DNA of 64,000 nucleotides from a virus (Duplodnaviria; Caudoviricetes): IMG/VR virus record IMGVR_UViG_3300035501_000471; one strand, 5' to 3'. Shown piece by piece: positions 60,236 to 64,000 of this stretch (position 1 is its first letter; each line of letters starts with the position of its first letter). The notes under the pieces were generated by a model. It saw only the letters and a program-made list of their open reading frames with translations, ran no database searches and was not told where the DNA came from. The position numbers and the translations under genes were made by a program.

Positions 60236-61700
60236 TTTTTACGAGGTAGTCATTTATTTCCTCATCACTTGCACCATTATGTAACATATCTTTCAAGTCA
60301 TACATATTTTGAGTATATTTGAATGATGTTTTCTTATATGACTTACGTTTGAAATATAGGTCAGTGATGATTTTTTTTAGATTACCATCCTCTTTTTCAT
60401 AGACCGCACCAGAAGCACAGACAATATATCCTTTATCTCTCCATTCCTGTTTAAGTTGTTCATCATCTTCTGGCAACATCTTAACCAAAGTCTCAGGTCC
60501 GATGTTGAACTGACGCATAATGGAAGGATACAGAGAACTATAATCATTACAGGTACAATACTTATGTAATCCGGGAACTGGTTGTTTTACAAAGGCTCCC
60601 GCATATTTCTCACCCTCACTTTTCTTTTTAGGGTTTGGATCCACAGCAAGGACTTTATTCTCAGCATGAAATCTTGAACGCAGTAAGTTTTCAGGAATAT
60701 ATGTTGTAGAGAAACAATCCATGGCCTTAATTCCACCCATCCAAGCTGTTGTTAGACCACAAGTGAGAGCATTACATTTCTCATGAATTAATTTTACCAA
60801 ACAACAGTCGATGGCGTTATAGTACACATATTTCTCAAAGTTATTCTCCAACATATCATCAAGACTTTCCGCATGTTGAACTTTCTTAATACCACATATC
60901 TTTTCACCTATGGTATCAAGTTTATAGTTTTCATTTGTGTTCCAAGTCCATTTTTTGTAGGCTTTGAGATAATCAACCAAACCTACGTGTTGAGGTCTGT
61001 CATATTGTCCTGTCATTTTTCGTGAAGGTGATGACATGGTAACATCAATATCAAGATTCTTCGCACGATTATATAGGTATCGCCAGTCATAATCTTCAAA
61101 ATTCCACCCGGTCATCAAAGCCATTTTAGGAACAAGGACTTTGAAAAAGAAATGTAACATATCATACTCTCTTTCAAAATACTTAAACACAAACTTAAAA
61201 TGTCTGTTTACTTGTGAGAAGTGTTCATCAATACGTTTTTGAATACCACTTATTTCTTTTGATGTAAGATTATAACCACCCGACAATACCATTACAGTAT
61301 CATTGGGACAACAAATACCAATAACAGTTACAGGTTTATTCGGTTTTTCAGGGTTAGGTTTACCATCCTGAAGTTTGTTTTCAATATCAATAAAAAACAT
61401 TTCAGGTAGGTTGTAGGAGAAAATTTCATTCTTGATTTCCTCATCATAAGAATCAAGAATTTCATAAAGACGGTACCGATTGAGTTTTTCTTTCTTCCAA
61501 TCGATCTTGTGTTTGTAAACGGGTTGTCCATTCCAGTTCTTCATTGTGGTTGATTTTTCATCACCTTTACTTTTAGGTGCAGTCAACCACAAATACTGTT
61601 CTCGTTCGGGAATGTTGAACACCTTAATGTGGGTTTTCCCATCTTCTCCCCAATAACTTACTTGGAGAGTTTTGTCATCTTGAAATACATCTAGTAACAT
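60213..61700 (-). CDS. Family B DNA polymerase, N-terminal subunit (3'-5' exonuclease plus palm N-part; gp43A-like)
   Basis: FIDIE, TGWNFEDYD, YNAID, YAGAFV, DYSSLYPSIMRQFNIGPET. Confidence 0.92.
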   Translation of the reverse strand: MLLDVFQDDKTLQVSYWGEDGKTHIKVFNIPEREQYLWLTAPKSKGDEKSTTMKNWNGQPVYKHKIDWKKEKLNRYRLYEILDSYDEEIKNEIFSYNLPEMFFIDIENKLQDGKPNPEKPNKPVTVIGICCPNDTVMVLSGGYNLTSKEISGIQKRIDEHFSQVNRHFKFVFKYFEREYDMLHFFFKVLVPKMALMTGWNFEDYDWRYLYNRAKNLDIDVTMSSPSRKMTGQYDRPQHVGLVDYLKAYKKWTWNTNENYKLDTIGEKICGIKKVQHAESLDDMLENNFEKYVYYNAIDCCLVKLIHEKCNALTCGLTTAWMGGIKAMDCFSTTYIPENLLRSRFHAENKVLAVDPNPKKKSEGEKYAGAFVKQPVPGLHKYCTCNDYSSLYPSIMRQFNIGPETLVKMLPEDDEQLKQEWRDKGYIVCASGAVYEKEDGNLKKIITDLYFKRKSYKKTSFKYTQNMYDLKDMLHNGASDEEINDYLVKNGLDNIE

Positions 61701-61749
61701 ATTAATAAAATAATTTTAGGAGTCAGTTTAGAAGCTGACTATTTTGACA

Positions 61750-61791
61750 TAAACATAACAAATGTATCATCAAATTTTTTTGTTATGTTTA
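61750..61791. promoter_or_regulatory. Divergent pair of TTTGTTATnTTTA replication-class promoter motifs; representative of 10 sites
   Basis: Minus-strand copy at 61750-61762 (polymerase) and plus-strand copy at 61779-61791. Confidence 0.75.
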
Positions 61792-61814
61792 TTACAAATC
61801 GTTTTTAGTTACAA

Positions 61815-62375
61815 ATGCAAGATTGGTATGATGAATATACAGATAATGACGAAGTAAAAGAAAAGAAAGTCTTACTTGACGAAAATGGTAATGATGTATA
61901 TAAAAAGAAGTCAAGTGAGAAAACTGTTGAAGAAAGAATTAAAACTTCACGTTCATTAAAAATAAAACACAATAAATGGAATCAGGTAGATTACACAGAT
62001 GATTATAATGATGATAAAATTGTAATCGACCCTAAAAATTGTCAGTTCAACTCAACCTATGAAGATGTTGAATTTGAGAATAGATTTCATGAGATAATAA
62101 AAAACTCAAAATACAAACCTATTTTATTAGGTGATGAAAAGGTGTCTATAAATTATCAAGTAATAAATGATATGGTAATTTATATATATGCCAGAATGAA
62201 ACGTGATTATTCTCTCACACAGATTTTTGTTTTAATTTGTGAATATTGTGGAGTTGGAATTCAAGCAATGTGGAAAAGACTTAGTTCATATCTACAAATG
62301 CAAATTTTAATCGAGTTGAAAGAAACAAGTAAACTCCCAAATGAATTTTTAGAAAATAATGTTAAACTTTTTTAA
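61815..62375 (+). CDS. Hypothetical protein, possible gp33-like late-transcription coactivator
   Basis: C-terminal ICEYCG...LSSYLQMQILIEL...VKLF resembles the gp33 fold and clamp tail; weak similarity. Confidence 0.4.
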   Translation: MQDWYDEYTDNDEVKEKKVLLDENGNDVYKKKSSEKTVEERIKTSRSLKIKHNKWNQVDYTDDYNDDKIVIDPKNCQFNSTYEDVEFENRFHEIIKNSKYKPILLGDEKVSINYQVINDMVIYIYARMKRDYSLTQIFVLICEYCGVGIQAMWKRLSSYLQMQILIELKETSKLPNEFLENNVKLF

Positions 62376-62387
62376 TTTTTTTTAATT

Positions 62388-62618
62388 ATGTTAGAAAATA
62401 ATGTTAAGTATTTCCAAGTGACTGTAAAACTTCAAGAAGAAACTGATAAAACTGACCGTGCTGGTAATCCTAAACTCCGTAAATGGAATGAAGTATGGGT
62501 AGTTGATTCTAAAACTTCCGAAGAAGCTAATAAAAAAGTCCAAGAAGAATATGAGGGTTCTATTGCTGATTGGCGTATTGCCTCAGTGAAAGAAACAAAT
62601 ATCATTGGTATCCTTTAA
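62388..62618 (+). CDS. DUF4494-like small protein
   Basis: YFQVTVK...KWNEVWVVDS..SEEANKKV...IASVKET.I pattern. Confidence 0.6.
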   Translation: MLENNVKYFQVTVKLQEETDKTDRAGNPKLRKWNEVWVVDSKTSEEANKKVQEEYEGSIADWRIASVKETNIIGIL

Positions 62619-62636
62619 AAATGTTGTAATTATGTG

Positions 62637-62667
62637 AAAAAGGTCATCAAAAAATGATGACCTTTTT
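62637..62667. terminator. Bidirectional terminator
   Basis: AAAAAGGTCATCA / TGATGACCTTTTT. Confidence 0.75.
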
Positions 62668-64000
62668 ATGTATTTTCCACCAATACTTTATCACTATAAT
62701 TTGTGTCAACAGTCACAAACTCTGATACATTGTATTGTACATTAAGCCAATCAGTTGAACCGAATTTCTGATAATACATAGTTTTCTCAGCATTGTCATA
62801 ATAATAAGTTACCTCTTTTTTATTATTTGTATCAACTTTTATTAATAAATAATCACTATCAATAGTATATACTTCAGAAGTATTATTATTCGATAAAACT
62901 CTTGTTTTTGTTCCACCATATGTTCCCTTAGCAATGGTGACATTAGTTATATAATTTGTAATTGACATTTCTGTTGAGTTAGACAAACCAACATATGATA
63001 CACCATCCTTAAACTCACAATTTGTAACATGATCAAGTAATACATAGTCACATTCACTCCCATTTCCTACAATATTAGGATTTTGTGTGGAAGATGTTAT
63101 TGTTGAAATAAAACCTTTAACATATCCCAAACAACAATTCAAACAACCATTACCAAATACATTATTATCACAATACTTTCCCATTGAATTATAAGAAGAT
63201 GTATTACCAAATGAATTATTATGACAATATGAAGATAATTGATTATATGATGAATTATTACCAAATGTATTGTTGTAACATCCACTATTCATTACATTTT
63301 TTATACAATAAATACCAAATGTGTTGTTGTAACTACTACCCTGTAATGTATTTTCTCGACAATAAGTACCAAATGTATTTTTGTTACCATTAATGATATT
63401 TTTATAACATGATATACCAAAATGATTAAATGCACCTGTGACTTCATTATATGTACAATTTTCATTAAAATGATTTAATGTAGAAGATTCATATAAAATA
63501 TTTCCAACACAAACATTACCAAAATTATTCTCGTGACATTCACGATTTAGGGTATTAGATCGACAACCTACTCCAAATCTATTTTTAGAACCATATTTTA
63601 CAATATTTTGTGTACATCCATTATCAAATTGGTTATTAACTCCAATACCTGTACTATTATCAATATATACTTCATTTTTTTCACAACAATCTCCAAATGT
63701 GTTACAATTACTATTAACTATATTATTACAACAGTACACACCAAATGAATTTCGATATCCATATATATTATTTGAAATACATCTATCACCTAATAAATTT
63801 GGGCCTTGTTTAATATCATTACCTGTACAAAAATTACCAAGTGAAACATTCATACAACATAAAGTATTATTACAACAATTATTTTTTAATGTATTATATC
63901 TTGTTTGAACTGATATATATGTATGATAAGTTAATGTATTATTTGAACAAGAACCTCCAAATGTATTAAGGTTACACATATCTTCAAATGTATTATTCAA
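62666..64000 (-). CDS. Asn/Cys-rich beta-helix repeat protein, C-terminal part (possible tail fibre or virion appendage); starts beyond the window
   Basis: Repeating NNxFGxxC..N units. Confidence 0.65.
   Translation of the reverse strand: MNNTFEDMCNLNTFGGSCSNNTLTYHTYISVQTRYNTLKNNCCNNTLCCMNVSLGNFCTGNDIKQGPNLLGDRCISNNIYGYRNSFGVYCCNNIVNSNCNTFGDCCEKNEVYIDNSTGIGVNNQFDNGCTQNIVKYGSKNRFGVGCRSNTLNRECHENNFGNVCVGNILYESSTLNHFNENCTYNEVTGAFNHFGISCYKNIINGNKNTFGTYCRENTLQGSSYNNTFGIYCIKNVMNSGCYNNTFGNNSSYNQLSSYCHNNSFGNTSSYNSMGKYCDNNVFGNGCLNCCLGYVKGFISTITSSTQNPNIVGNGSECDYVLLDHVTNCEFKDGVSYVGLSNSTEMSITNYITNVTIAKGTYGGTKTRVLSNNNTSEVYTIDSDYLLIKVDTNNKKEVTYYYDNAEKTMYYQKFGSTDWLNVQYNVSEFVTVDTNYSDKVLVENT

Noticed and set aside
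1-64000. Stop-codon reassignment (TAG to Gln) as in Lak megaphages
   Set aside because: Core genes are full length under code 11. Reading through the TAGs checked (15662, 33145) hits another stop within a few codons and joins nothing.
1-64000. tRNA or rRNA genes
   Set aside because: Intergenic gaps are short and AT-rich, and no cloverleaf or T-loop signature was seen by eye. tRNAscan-SE was not run.

Overview
This is a 64 kb, very AT-rich segment of a T4-like jumbo myophage genome. The host is probably Bacteroidota, judged from a canonical TTTG-N20-TAnnTTTG promoter and a DUF4494-like gene. Standard genetic code is sufficient. It carries head/tail genes (prohead protease-scaffold fusion, portal, tail sheath, tail tube), PhoH, six DNA methyltransferases, a SAM synthetase and a MoxR-AAA/metallopeptidase/vWA module. 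Replication genes include a gp41 helicase fractured by a split intein, UvsX/RecA, a gp47 nuclease, a probable sliding clamp and a two-gene family-B DNA polymerase. Also present are seven free-standing homing-endonuclease-like genes, a non-autonomous IS607-like TnpB element, two divergent RimK-type ligase/aspartic-protease fusions and six ~500-aa leucine-rich-repeat paralogues. Three hidden patterns stand out. (1) Five methyltransferases, the SAM synthetase and the polymerase C-terminal subunit all end in Leu-Trp-stop, and their transcription units share a 13-bp promoter motif with the clamp, suggesting a clamp-tethered, replication-coupled methylation system. (2) Many late-promoter (CATAAATA) enzyme genes carry T4-style capsid-targeting and prohead-protease cleavage motifs, suggesting an injected enzyme cargo. 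(3) A circularly permuted chimeric mini-gene heads the methyltransferase operon. All functional calls come from motif recognition only; no database searches were run.
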